Shown here piece after piece: positions 53,803 to 63,618 of a stretch of 64,000 nucleotides of DNA. The notes beneath the pieces are model-generated. The model saw nothing but the letters and a program-made list of their open reading frames with translations. It ran no database searches and was not told the origin of the DNA. How positions within the stretch are numbered: the stretch's first letter is position 1; each line of letters starts with the position of its first letter. The position numbers and the translations under genes are program-made. The stretch lies in NCBI RefSeq assembly GCF_058153355.1, contig NZ_CM177019.1; one strand, given 5' to 3'.

Positions 53803-54843
53803 TTCCCCGTGAAACCCGGGTCATCCAACCGGAAGAAGAATGCTGCCCGGCCTGTGGTGGCGGGCTCAGTCCTCTGGGATGTGATGTGTCAGAACAACTG
53901 GAGCTTATCAGCAGCGCCTTTAAGGTTATCGAAACACAACGTCCGAAACTGGCCTGTTGCCGGTGCGACCATATCGTGCAGGCTCCGGTGCCTTCAAAAC
54001 CCATTGCACGCAGTTATGCCGGAGCGGGGCTTCTGGCCCATGTTGTCGCTGGAAAATATGCAGACCATCTGCCGTTATACCGCCAGTCAGAAATATACCG
54101 TCGTCAGGGCGTGGAGCTGAGCCGTGCCACACTGGGGCGCTGGACAGGTGCTGTTGCTGAACTGCTGGAACCGCTGTATGACATCCTGCGCCAGTATGTG
54201 CTGATGCCCGGTAAAGTCCATGCCGATGATATCCCCGTTCCGGTCCAGGAGCCGGGCAGCGGTAAAACAAGGACTGCCCGGCTGTGGGTCTACGTTCGTG
54301 ATGACCGTAACGCCGGTTCGGAAATGCCTCCGGCGGTCTGGTTCGCGTACAGCCCGGACCGGAAAGGTATCCATCCACAGAATCATCTGGCCGGTTACAG
54401 CGGAGTGCTTCAGGCCGATGCTTACGGTGGTTACCGGGCGTTGTACGAATCCGGCAGAATAACGGAAGCCGCATGTATGGCTCATGCCCGGAGAAAAATC
54501 CACGATGTGCATGCAAGAGTGCCCACCGACATCACCACGGAAGCCCTGCAGCGTATCGGTGAACTGTATGCCATCGAGGCAGAGGTCCGGGGCTGTTCAG
54601 CAGAACAGCGTCTGGCGGCAAGAAAAGCCAGAGCCGCGCCACTGATGCAGTCACTGTATGACTGGATACAGCAACAGATGAAAACACTGTCGCGTCACTC
54701 GGACACGGCAAAAGCGTTCGCATACCTGCTGAAACAGTGGGATGCACTGAACGTGTACTGCAGTAATGGCTGGGTGGAAATCGACAACAACATCGCAGAG
54801 AACGCCTTACGGGGAGTGGCCGTAGGCCGGAAAAACTGGCTCT

Positions 54844-56667
54844 GTGTGTCACGAAGGAGTACTTATGGCAACAATGTGAAAATTGCAGCATAAGTTATCC
54901 ATGCTCTGAGGTGGGTGGAGGTGGGCCCTCCGGTCAGGGTTTACAGGAGCACTGACCAAACGACCCGGTGCTGCTTCATTCTAAGGAATGAGGTGGTGAG
55001 CGACTCGGGAAAAGGCAGAGATCTACTGTCACGTGGGGTTCGGGAAGCTGAACGAAAGTAAACTGTCCGATGAAGCATCGAAATCTTAGATGATGTCAAA
55101 ATGGGGCCGTACAGCCGTCCCCTGATAAGCGCAGAAGACACCTGCTTACTGACTGCGCGGCATCCGGTGTGAAGGCAGCAGGATCCCGGGCCAGACCATC
55201 TCAGGGAACGTGAGAACCTGTTTCCGGCACGTATCGGGAAACAGGGGCGGACCCATTCGTAGTAGTGATGAAAGATCTGTAATGGGTCTGGAGCGAAGGG
55301 ATGGGGATCACATTCATTGCAGAAGACACAACCCAAAAGGGGATGACGTAACTGATGCAACGAAAATCATTTGAAATACCAAAAGCACTGGTCTGGGCAT
55401 CATATCTGGATGTGCGTCGCAACAAGGGAGCCCCCGGATGCGACGGGCAGACTTTGAAAATGTTCGACCAGCAACGTGATGGCAATCTATACAAGATCTG
55501 GAACCGGCTATGTTCGGGAACATGGTTTCCGCCACCAGTGCTGGAAAAACGGATCCCGAAGTCGAATGGCAAGGAACGCATTCTGGGGATCCCAACAGTA
55601 TCCGATCGAATTGCTCAGGGAGCGATAAAACTTTTCATGGAAGAAAAGCTTGACCCGATTTTCCATGCTGATTCATATGGTTACCGACCAGGCAAATCAG
55701 CTCATGACGCTCTGAAACAATGTGCCATCCGGTGCTGGCGTTATAGCTGGATACTGGAAGTGGACATCAGTGCGTTTTTCGACCATGTGAGACATGATCT
55801 GGTGCTCAAAGCTCTGGAACACCACGGGATGCCTAAATGGGTCATCCTGTACTGTCGACGCTGGATGGAAGCGCCAATGCAGAGTTGTGAAAATGGAGAA
55901 TTAATAACCCGAACACGAGGCACTCCGCAGGGCGGGGTCATTAGTCCACTACTTGCTAACTTGTTCCTTCACTATGCATTTGATTTGTGGATGGAAAGAG
56001 AATATCGGGGGGTACCGTTTGAGAGGTACGCTGACGATATTGTAGTACATTGTTCACGAATGAGTGATGCAACAAGGCTGAAGAACAGGTTATCGGAGCG
56101 CTTCTCGGAAGTCGGGCTGGTCCTGAATGCAGGGAAAACGAATATCGCCTACATTGACACGTTTAAAAGGAGAAACGTCGCAACGAGTTTCACCTTTCTC
56201 GGATATGACTTCAAAGTGCGTACGCTGAAGAATTTCAAAGGCGAACTGTACCGAAAATGCATGCCGGGTGCGTCAAATGCAGCAATGCGCAAAATAACAG
56301 AAACAATCAAGAAGTGGCGTATACATCGCTCAACAGCTGAGAGTTTGCTGGATTTTGCGAGGCGCTACAATGCGATAGTGAGAGGCTGGATCGAGTACTA
56401 CGGAAAGTTCTGGTCCAGAAATTTCAACTATCGACTGTGGAGTGCAATGCAGTCACGTCTGCTCAAGTGGATGCAGTCTAAATACAGACTTTCGAACCGG
56501 AAGGCTCAGCGAAAGCTGACGCTGGTAAGGAAGGAGTATCCGAAGCTATTTGTTCACTGGTATTTACTACGTGCATCAAATGAGTGATCAAGAGCCGTAT
56601 GACGCGAGAGTGTCACGTACGGTTCCGTGAGCAGCCGGGGAGTGAAATTCTCTCCGGCTGACTCGAC
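54844..56667 (+). mobile_element. bacterial group II intron (1824 bp) in sense orientation within IS66 tnpC
   Basis: Starts GTGTG immediately after the exon 1 homology and ends ...AC before exon 2; domain V-like GAGCCGTATG...CACGTACGGTTC at 56592..56625; contains the RT/maturase ORF. Confidence 0.75.
55355..56587 (+). CDS. group II intron reverse transcriptase/maturase (no endonuclease domain evident)
   Basis: RT motifs including GTPQGGVISPLLANLFL and YADDIVVH, plus a maturase X domain (RGWIEYYG); 410 aa. Confidence 0.85.
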   Translation: MQRKSFEIPKALVWASYLDVRRNKGAPGCDGQTLKMFDQQRDGNLYKIWNRLCSGTWFPPPVLEKRIPKSNGKERILGIPTVSDRIAQGAIKLFMEEKLDPIFHADSYGYRPGKSAHDALKQCAIRCWRYSWILEVDISAFFDHVRHDLVLKALEHHGMPKWVILYCRRWMEAPMQSCENGELITRTRGTPQGGVISPLLANLFLHYAFDLWMEREYRGVPFERYADDIVVHCSRMSDATRLKNRLSERFSEVGLVLNAGKTNIAYIDTFKRRNVATSFTFLGYDFKVRTLKNFKGELYRKCMPGASNAAMRKITETIKKWRIHRSTAESLLDFARRYNAIVRGWIEYYGKFWSRNFNYRLWSAMQSRLLKWMQSKYRLSNRKAQRKLTLVRKEYPKLFVHWYLLRASNE

Positions 56668-56852
56668 TCGCAGGTTCCGACAGCGGTGGCGAACATGCGG
56701 CGGTGTTGTACTCGCTGATCGGCACATGCCGTCTGAACAATGTGGGGCCAGAAAAATGGCTGCGTTACGTCATTGAGCATATCCAGGACTGGCCGGCAAA
56801 CCGGGTACGCGATCTGTTGCCCTGGAAAGTTGATCTGAGCTCTCAGTAAATA

Positions 56853-58796
56853 TCAATACGGTTCTGGCGAGCCGCTTACGTTTAATCGGGAAATCTCATA
56901 TTTTCGGTTCATCATTAATGGCAGAAGGAAGCGTTGATGCTGTTGACGAGAAATTTCACCAGCACGGAGCAGTTTTTCTAGGTTGCGTAACTGGAAACCC
57001 GCATGCGCCATATCATCATTGTTCTCTGTATTGGCCTGAAAAGCGGAAAAGTAATAATGCCGTGATTCCAGCAAATATAAACAGGTCAGATCCATATTTT
57101 TGCCAGATTCAGGCAGGCTGAAATCCAGATTCACACCATTCGTCGCAGAGGCGGTCTGAGTCAGCACAATGACAATACGCCGGGAGGCAAATGCGGCCTG
57201 ATAAGCATCACTAAAGCCCTTTTTCTTCTGACATTCTGCGGTTAACAGACAAATCAGCGCAGGCTCATTATGTATGCTCACTGGGATAAACACATCAGCA
57301 AAATTTTTTAGTAGAGGATCATCAGATAAAGGTTGTTCCATTTTTAACCATGCGAGGTATTCTCTACTTTGTGTTGCTATTGTAGTGGTAAGCCATTTTC
57401 TTAAATAGGCTATGGAATTCACGAAAGCAAGATGCCCCCGGTGTTGAGGTCTTTTTCCCGCAAGATCCAATACATTAAGCAATTTTAGCAGTATATTTTT
57501 TCGATATTCTGATTCGAAATCTGATGAGGGGTCATCGCCATTCTGGAAAAAATCGGGGGCTAGCGAAGCGAGCAGATCAACACAATGCGGGTTATTCTTT
57601 ATGCTATTGAAATCTTGAATCTCAGCATTCAGTTGTGTGTTTCTGATATTTTCTTTGCTGTTATTGATCTCTTCAATAGCTAAATACTGCAACTGGAAAT
57701 CATCAGCCGTCTGGACATAAGGTATCGGTTCTTTAAACCACTCGACAGGTCGTTTTTCAAAAGTTGTTCCCAGAAAACTTTGTGTAACAGCAGGGTTGCG
57801 TGCTTCTGCAATATAACGAAGAGCTGAATTAATCCACCGGACATCGAAGTGATTACAGGCTCTTTCAATATATGACGTAGCCGACAGTGCAAAGACAAGA
57901 TTACGACTGGCGAGAGAAAGCAGCAGACCTTCTGCCGTCGTGGGCAGAAAGGCACGTTTGATCTGTATCCGTAACGGATCGATATCCGTATCTGAGACAT
58001 TCTGTTTCAGCAACCAATTGGTCAAGCCAAAAATACTGGCATGAGTATTTGGCAAAATATTACTTTTCCTTAATTCCCGTAGTTCCGGCAGGTCAGTACG
58101 CGGTAACAAAAATCGGGACATATTGGGCAGGGTTGAGCCGTAGTATGAAGGCCTGTAATCATTAACGGGGTCGAACAGAAGTCGGGTTAACTTTTTAATG
58201 TATTCATACGCTTCATCTTCACTTGCAGTCAGGTCGGTCAACATTAGGCTAAACTGTCGAATGAATTTTTCCATCAAGCGTAAAAAATCACTGATGTCGA
58301 TAGTCTGATCGCTATCCTGAAGCGGAGAGTCTGGCCTGATAATTTCGTATCCATGTTCCGCTTTCCGCATAATAAGCCGTTCACTGGTCACCAGTTGATC
58401 GGAACGGAATAAATAATGCTCACCAAAGGGTTTATTATCCAGATATTGCTGAAGAGGAATAACCAGCGATCTGGCATGTGTTAAATCAGCATGTTTTTCT
58501 GTTAATGCACTATCCAGATCATTAATAAATTTTTCTAGACGTTCACGGATCATAGGTGCAGGTTCCATTTCAACATACTGCATACGTTGTAGTAATCTGC
58601 GTCCCCCGTCGAGCAACTGACCCAGACACTCAGGTGGTTCCTGAACCCATTGCGCCTGTGCCAGATACTCTTGTAATACCTCAGACTGGTAATCAAATTC
58701 ATCGATGAAAATGATGTAATTACGCAGCTCTTTGCTGGACATTTTTACTTTGCGACGCCCATCGTAAAACGATGAAACCATCTTTTGAGTCGTCAT
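56853..58796 (-). CDS. large hypothetical protein; C-terminal 8 codons and stop supplied by the IS66 terminus
   Basis: 647-aa ORF; N-terminal IIFIDEFD resembles a Walker B / DExx motif; the last codons (SGSPEPY) are encoded within the IS66 right inverted repeat. Confidence 0.5.
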   Translation of the reverse strand: MTTQKMVSSFYDGRRKVKMSSKELRNYIIFIDEFDYQSEVLQEYLAQAQWVQEPPECLGQLLDGGRRLLQRMQYVEMEPAPMIRERLEKFINDLDSALTEKHADLTHARSLVIPLQQYLDNKPFGEHYLFRSDQLVTSERLIMRKAEHGYEIIRPDSPLQDSDQTIDISDFLRLMEKFIRQFSLMLTDLTASEDEAYEYIKKLTRLLFDPVNDYRPSYYGSTLPNMSRFLLPRTDLPELRELRKSNILPNTHASIFGLTNWLLKQNVSDTDIDPLRIQIKRAFLPTTAEGLLLSLASRNLVFALSATSYIERACNHFDVRWINSALRYIAEARNPAVTQSFLGTTFEKRPVEWFKEPIPYVQTADDFQLQYLAIEEINNSKENIRNTQLNAEIQDFNSIKNNPHCVDLLASLAPDFFQNGDDPSSDFESEYRKNILLKLLNVLDLAGKRPQHRGHLAFVNSIAYLRKWLTTTIATQSREYLAWLKMEQPLSDDPLLKNFADVFIPVSIHNEPALICLLTAECQKKKGFSDAYQAAFASRRIVIVLTQTASATNGVNLDFSLPESGKNMDLTCLYLLESRHYYFSAFQANTENNDDMAHAGFQLRNLEKLLRAGEISRQQHQRFLLPLMMNRKYEISRLNVSGSPEPY

Positions 58797-58798
58797 GA

Positions 58799-59572
58799 TC
58801 AGCAGGTGTTGCTTTTCGTCACGCCAGGCAATGGCGGGCAGAATGCGCCTGACCCAGACGTGGCGACGGAAATCTGCAACTCGTTGCCTGGCTTGGCTGC
58901 CTGCGTGAGTTCATGTTCTTCGCCATATTTTTCTTTTTGTTTCTTGGCTTCTTTTTCCAGCAATTTGATATTCTGAATCAGAGTTATCTCCACCGCTGCG
59001 CATGATTTGATTAATGACTCTTTCTCACTGGCGATGGCCGTCTGAAAACGCGTCGGATATCCTTTCAGCGATTTGTTAATATGCAGTATGTTTTTGCAAT
59101 TTCTACGCAATTTGTCGGCGATATCCTGAATGGCAAACAAATTTCTGTCTTCCAGGATATTGATGGAGTCAAATGGATCGGGAAGTGAGTCTGCGGAAAT
59201 ATTATTCTCATGAGGCAAGGGGGTGGCCTCGATGGCAGAAACGATCTGTTCATCTTGTGCATAGAGCACGCTGACGGTGAATGGTTCCCCGTTACTGTCT
59301 TTATGCGCTGCCGTTTTCTCATAAATGTCGTGCAAAATATTCCAGCGATGGGTAACCAGAATGGCTTGAGAGCCTGATTTTTTTATCGTCTCCAGCGCCG
59401 GGAGAGCGTTATCGGCATAGCCAGAGCGGTAGAGTGAGCTGGTTTTTCCGCTACCCGTAGGCCCCTGAAGCTGACAAAATCCTGCGATACGACGGGATGT
59501 TTTGGATTTTTTTGCCTGAGAAAGGGTGTATTCAATAACGGCATTGTAGGAACGTATTAAAGGGGCACTCAC
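58799..59572 (-). CDS. P-loop NTPase (helicase motif I-like GPTGSGKT)
   Basis: 257-aa ORF with Walker A GPTGSGKT; stop lies 2 nt before the ATG of the downstream 647-aa ORF. Confidence 0.5.
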   Translation of the reverse strand: MSAPLIRSYNAVIEYTLSQAKKSKTSRRIAGFCQLQGPTGSGKTSSLYRSGYADNALPALETIKKSGSQAILVTHRWNILHDIYEKTAAHKDSNGEPFTVSVLYAQDEQIVSAIEATPLPHENNISADSLPDPFDSINILEDRNLFAIQDIADKLRRNCKNILHINKSLKGYPTRFQTAIASEKESLIKSCAAVEITLIQNIKLLEKEAKKQKEKYGEEHELTQAAKPGNELQISVATSGSGAFCPPLPGVTKSNTC

Positions 59573-60075
59573 ATTTCACCTCATCCGTGTCAGGTTATCG
59601 AAGAGTAGAATTTCAGCAAATTCATGTTACACCGAACGGGTATCATTTCAATGTTTAATAATAATTTCCCCTTATAAAACAACGCTTATAATACATTCGC
59701 AGGTCAGATGATTTATCGGTGTGTTATTTGTTTGAATTTGGTGTTGTGGTTTTCTTTTTTTAACAATCTTCGATCTTCCTTCCACGACTTCCCCTTGCCG
59801 TTTTCAACCGAAAGCGGTATCTTTCACTTGCACCTGCAAAATCAGGTGCCGGGATTGGAACCCCGAAATGTAACCATACTGGCGACACGTGACGCGTCTG
59901 CGTCTTTTTTTATGTCGCGCGCTTAGCTACACCAAAATTATGGTGGGCTGGGCGGGGGCACCGTAAGGTGCGCCGGTTCCAGTATGGCCGGTAGTTCCAA
60001 CCTCGTTCAGTCCACCACCCATGAGATTGGAACCTCTGGTGGTGGTTTTCAAACCACATACTGGAGGCTGCCTTT

Positions 60076-60543
60076 ATGGCTACGATCCCCACTCAGACAC
60101 ACCCGTTACTTGCTGTTCCCTTCAATGCTGCCACAGATTTTACCGTACTGGCAGACCACTGTGAAAACTTCGCCGAAACCCTGATCGAAAGCGACGACCC
60201 GGTGCTGCGGCTGGCGCTTTGCGGGCGGCTTGCCGCCTGTCTGACTCTGCTGCAACCCACGCTGAACGAACCCATCCCGTCCCATCTGACTGACAGCCTG
60301 ACCGTTGATGCTCTACCTGCCGATATGCCCCGATTTGTCCCCGACGCTGAATTACTTTGTGACTACTCACTGACGCTGGCGCAACTTCTTATCGGGCAGG
60401 GGATGCTGCCAAAAATGGAGCAGACGATAACTGGCTTATTATGTGAACTGGTCTGGTATTTTGCCGCTGAAATGAAAGCCCCGCGTTGGCTGCGTACTGC
60501 CGGTGGCGTGAAGTTTATCGATGGTGTGGAGGCCAAAGCATGA
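60076..60543 (+). CDS. hypothetical protein (155 aa)
   Basis: GGAGG SD; stop overlaps the ATG of the Ner-like gene (ATGATG/TGA). Confidence 0.55.
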   Translation: MATIPTQTHPLLAVPFNAATDFTVLADHCENFAETLIESDDPVLRLALCGRLAACLTLLQPTLNEPIPSHLTDSLTVDALPADMPRFVPDAELLCDYSLTLAQLLIGQGMLPKMEQTITGLLCELVWYFAAEMKAPRWLRTAGGVKFIDGVEAKA

Positions 60544-60746
60544 TGCAGTCTGACTGGCATCCTGCCGACATTATCGCCGGGCTGAAAAAACGTGGCACTT
60601 CGCTGTCAGCGCTTTCGCGTCAGGCTGGGCTGGCGTCCTCCACGCTGGCTAATGCGCTTACCCGCCGCTGGCCCAAAGGTGAAAGATTGATTGCCGAAGC
60701 GTTAGATGTTGCGCCTGAGAACATCTGGCCTTCGCGCTATCGCTGA
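60540..60746 (+). CDS. Ner/Nlp-like DNA-binding regulator
   Basis: 68-aa product; WHPADIIAGL...STLANAL...WPKGE...IWPSRY matches the Ner/Nlp family from recall. Confidence 0.75.
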   Translation: MMQSDWHPADIIAGLKKRGTSLSALSRQAGLASSTLANALTRRWPKGERLIAEALDVAPENIWPSRYR

Positions 60747-61093
60747 TGTCCTTCCGGCGCAGCCACGATACGGAAGCTGCGCCGCATTTCGTTTATCTGA
60801 TTTGTCATAATCCTTTGAACCGCAAAAACAGTTTTCTATTATCGGCCTTCTTACCACGAACTAAGCTCCCGCCTGTACAAAATGCTTCATGACCTGAAAG
60901 AAGCGCCTGATGTATCAGGATGGTCGCCGTTTTACCGGCAATGCCGCCTTTGAAAACTGCCGGATCTGTCCTTCGATGGATTAAGGCTTTCTTCATACTT
61001 TATTACGCTAAGGAAATCACAATGAATCTGATGAATAATTGTGCATCGCCTGCCGTAGATGTTATATTAAAATATAATATTCGGAGGTGCTCT

Positions 61094-61351
61094 ATGTATA
61101 CAACTCGCCTGAAAAAGGTCGGCGGATCCATCATGCTGGCGGTTCCCCCCGCCGTGCTGAAAACGCTGGAGCTGTCGACGGACAGCGAAGTGGGTATGAC
61201 CATTGATAATGGCTGCCTGATTATTGAACCCCAGAAACGGCCCCGTTATTCGCTTGAGGAGCTGTTGGCGCAGTGCGATCCGCACGCAGAAATGAGCGAA
61301 GAGGATCGGGAATGGATTGATGCGCCTGCGGTGGGCAAGGAGATCCTGTAA
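61094..61351 (+). CDS. pemI: PemI-like antitoxin (AbrB/MazE fold)
   Basis: GGAGGTG SD; 85-aa product closely resembling recalled PemI (TTRLK.VGGS.ML.VPPA...SL.ELLAQCDP). Confidence 0.85.
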   Translation: MYTTRLKKVGGSIMLAVPPAVLKTLELSTDSEVGMTIDNGCLIIEPQKRPRYSLEELLAQCDPHAEMSEEDREWIDAPAVGKEIL

Positions 61352-61684
61352 ATGGACAGAGGGGAAATCTGGCTGGTTTCACTGGATCCGATTGCAGGTC
61401 ACGAGCAAAGCGGAAAACGTCCGGTGCTTATCGTATCGAAGGCATCGTTTAACAAGCTGACCCGGCTACCCGTTGTTGTTCCCGTTACCAGCGGTGGAAA
61501 CTTCGCCCGTGCAGCCGGTTTTACCGTCTCACTGGACGGTGCGGGAACAAAAACAACGGGCGTTATTCGCTGCGACCAGCCCAGAACCATTGATATGGGA
61601 GCCCGGAGCGGAAAGCGACTGGAACGTATACCCGATGCTGTCGTGAATGAAGTGCTGGCCCGACTGGAGGCCATTCTGAGCTGA
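61352..61684 (+). CDS. pemK: PemK-like mRNA interferase toxin (MazF/PemK family)
   Basis: 110-aa product starting immediately after the pemI stop; RGEIWLVSLDP...GKRPVLIVS pattern. Confidence 0.85.
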   Translation: MDRGEIWLVSLDPIAGHEQSGKRPVLIVSKASFNKLTRLPVVVPVTSGGNFARAAGFTVSLDGAGTKTTGVIRCDQPRTIDMGARSGKRLERIPDAVVNEVLARLEAILS

Positions 61685-61702
61685 TGCTTTTTATGTAAAC
61701 TG

Positions 61703-61740
61703 AATGATGGCGCTGTCATATACAGCGCCATCATTTTTTA
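61703..61740 (+). terminator. rho-independent terminator after pemK
   Basis: 14-bp stem AATGATGGCGCTGT / ACAGCGCCATCATT with 5-nt loop, followed by TTTTTTA. Confidence 0.8.
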
Positions 61741-62122
61741 TAACGACAAGTGATTAAAAAATCCTTTTGCAGGTAAAAACAGTTTTTCCTTTCTCCGCCA
61801 GCGGTACTGGCATAGTCTCCCCCTTGCCCTATGCTGTCGTTGACAGCGCCACGCTTCACAACCTGAAAGAAGCGCCTGTTATCAGGAGGTTGAGCCCTTT
61901 ACCGGTGCAGACCTTTGCAAACACCGGGTCGCAGAACATCGCGACGGAGGCCAGAGTTTTAACACGATACGTCCTTTTACTGCGCCAGCCTGCTGGTCTG
62001 AATCTGCCCCGCGCCGGAATTTTCCCGGTCAGCTTATATTTGCTGACACCCTCAGCACCTTTTACCTCACGGGCTGCGGCATGCATTTGCCGCAAGGCAT
62101 TTGCTGACGCGTGCCCGTAAAA

Positions 62123-62244
62123 CTGCACCAGACGGTAAATTTTCAGACGCTGCACCAGACCCGTGCGTCACTTTAACCGCGCAGAGCGGGAAAGTGACGC
62201 ACGCAATCCCTTTCGACCTGCACCAGAAAACTCAACTGCGCCAG
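62123..62244 (+). repeat. cluster of 4 CTGCACCAG(AC) motifs upstream of the recombinase gene
   Basis: Copies at 62123, 62150, 62218 and (CTGCGCCAG) 62236; a 12-bp-arm palindrome GTGCGTCACTTT / AAAGTGACGCAC at 62163..62202 lies between them. Confidence 0.7.
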
Positions 62245-62535
62245 CTCACGGCTGGAGTCTGACACCGCCTTTTCAGGCCATTTACCTATAAGGAGAACAT
62301 GAATCGATACCGAGGCGGATCCGGACGATCCGGGGGATAACCCGCGCAAGCGGGCGGCTGCTCAGAGAGCACAACCGAAGCCCCACCACACCTCAACGGC
62401 TGCCGCCCCGGCGCTCAGGTATCGTTCGCAGCCCCGACAAAAAAACAGGGGCTATCGGCCTGTGCGCCGGGGAAAGCTGTATCAGTGTTGGTTTTTTGGG
62501 GGATGAGTTTGCGGCAATCATGAAAAGGGGAATGT

Positions 62536-63423
62536 ATGGGGATACTGGAGCAGGAAATGACGCGACTGGCGCAGCAGGCGGGTGGCAGCTACAAAACTGT
62601 GGATGACCGCATCAGGCTGGCGCAGCGGTTTTGTGAGCGTCTGGTTCTGGCGCAGAACGTACAAATCCGCCGGGTGGAGCAGCTTAAGGCGCGGCATATT
62701 GAAGGCTATGTTCGTGAACGGCTGGCGCAGGGCATCACAAAGCGTTCCCTGCAAAATGAGATGGCGGCGGTGCGCTGCATTCTGAAACAGGCCGGGCGTG
62801 ACAGGCTGGCGCAGAGTGAGCGGCTGAATAACCGCTCGCTGGGATTGTCCGGAGCATCCCGTAACGGGACGAAGCTGGCTATTACACTGGAGCACTATCG
62901 TGATGTGCTGGAGACCGCCCGCGTAAAAGATCCGGGGCTGGCGGCAGCGCTGGAGCTCTCAAGGTTGATGGGATTACGTTCGCAGGAGGCGGTGCAGAGT
63001 GTACAGTCGCTGAAAACGTGGATACAGGCGCTGGAGCGTGGTGAGTCCCGGTTAACCGTGGTGTTCGGCACCAAAGGCGGACGGCCCCGCGAGACGATTA
63101 TTCTTGATGCTGGCGTAGTTAAAAAAGCGCTGGATAATGCGCTGGTGGTGGCTGAGGATCGTCACGGCAGGCTGATAGATAAGCCCGATCTGAGAAGCGC
63201 GATGAAATACTGGCACAGCCAGGCGTCGGGTCTTGGTTTAACTGGCGCATATTCCCCGCACTCGTTGCGCTATGCCTGGGCGCAGGATGCTATTCGTCAT
63301 TATCTGGCGCAGGGATTTTGTGAGAAGGAAGCGCTGGCGATGACGGCGATGGATTTGGGTCACGGCGACGGGCGCGGGCGGTATGTGGCGCAGGTTTACG
63401 GGCGAAAGGGGGATGCTGATTGA
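62536..63423 (+). CDS. tyrosine recombinase (phage-integrase family, 295 aa)
   Basis: Box I-like TKGGRPRETII and box II-like HSLRYAWA...LGHGDGRGRYVAQVY (catalytic Tyr); no N-terminal arm-binding domain evident. Confidence 0.75.
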   Translation: MGILEQEMTRLAQQAGGSYKTVDDRIRLAQRFCERLVLAQNVQIRRVEQLKARHIEGYVRERLAQGITKRSLQNEMAAVRCILKQAGRDRLAQSERLNNRSLGLSGASRNGTKLAITLEHYRDVLETARVKDPGLAAALELSRLMGLRSQEAVQSVQSLKTWIQALERGESRLTVVFGTKGGRPRETIILDAGVVKKALDNALVVAEDRHGRLIDKPDLRSAMKYWHSQASGLGLTGAYSPHSLRYAWAQDAIRHYLAQGFCEKEALAMTAMDLGHGDGRGRYVAQVYGRKGDAD

Positions 63424-63466
63424 TAGCTTCAGACTTGCAATATGATGTTATTCATCGTTTTCCGTA

Positions 63467-63562
63467 CAAAATTATTTGCCTCAAATAATTTTGGGTGATT
63501 TCCTATTAATCCCGGGTTATTCATCGTTATTCACCGAAAAAATTTCTACGTAGAAATTTTTT
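63467..63562. promoter_or_regulatory. two perfect palindromic operator-like sites (12-bp arms with 3-bp spacer; 13-bp arms, no spacer) with associated direct repeats
   Basis: CAAAATTATTTG-CCT-CAAATAATTTTG at 63467..63493 and AAAAAATTTCTAC/GTAGAAATTTTTT at 63537..63562; TTATTCATCGTT direct repeat at 63449 and 63518. Confidence 0.6.
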
Positions 63563-63618
63563 GTTCGATTTCCTCTCAATAAAAATGCTTCTGAACGGTA
63601 TGGCCTATTAACAGGCCT

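Larger units (their letters stand above)
53803..56878 (+). mobile_element. 5'-truncated IS66-family copy (3' part of tnpC plus right IR) interrupted by a group II intron
   Basis: 53803..54843 aligns with 9538..10578 and 56668..56878 with 10579..10798 of the intact copy; orfA, orfB and the tnpC 5' end are absent. Confidence 0.8.

Noticed and set aside
52304-54004. Full 566-aa ORF as an intact gene
   Set aside because: Its first 66 codons are the antisense translation of IS66 tnpC sequence (same peptide as ORF 9448..9747), so the ATG is not native and the gene is 5'-truncated.
59708-59926. 72-aa ORF in the divergent intergenic region
   Set aside because: No SD, hydrophobic low-complexity translation, and it overlaps the terminator-like hairpin; more likely noncoding.
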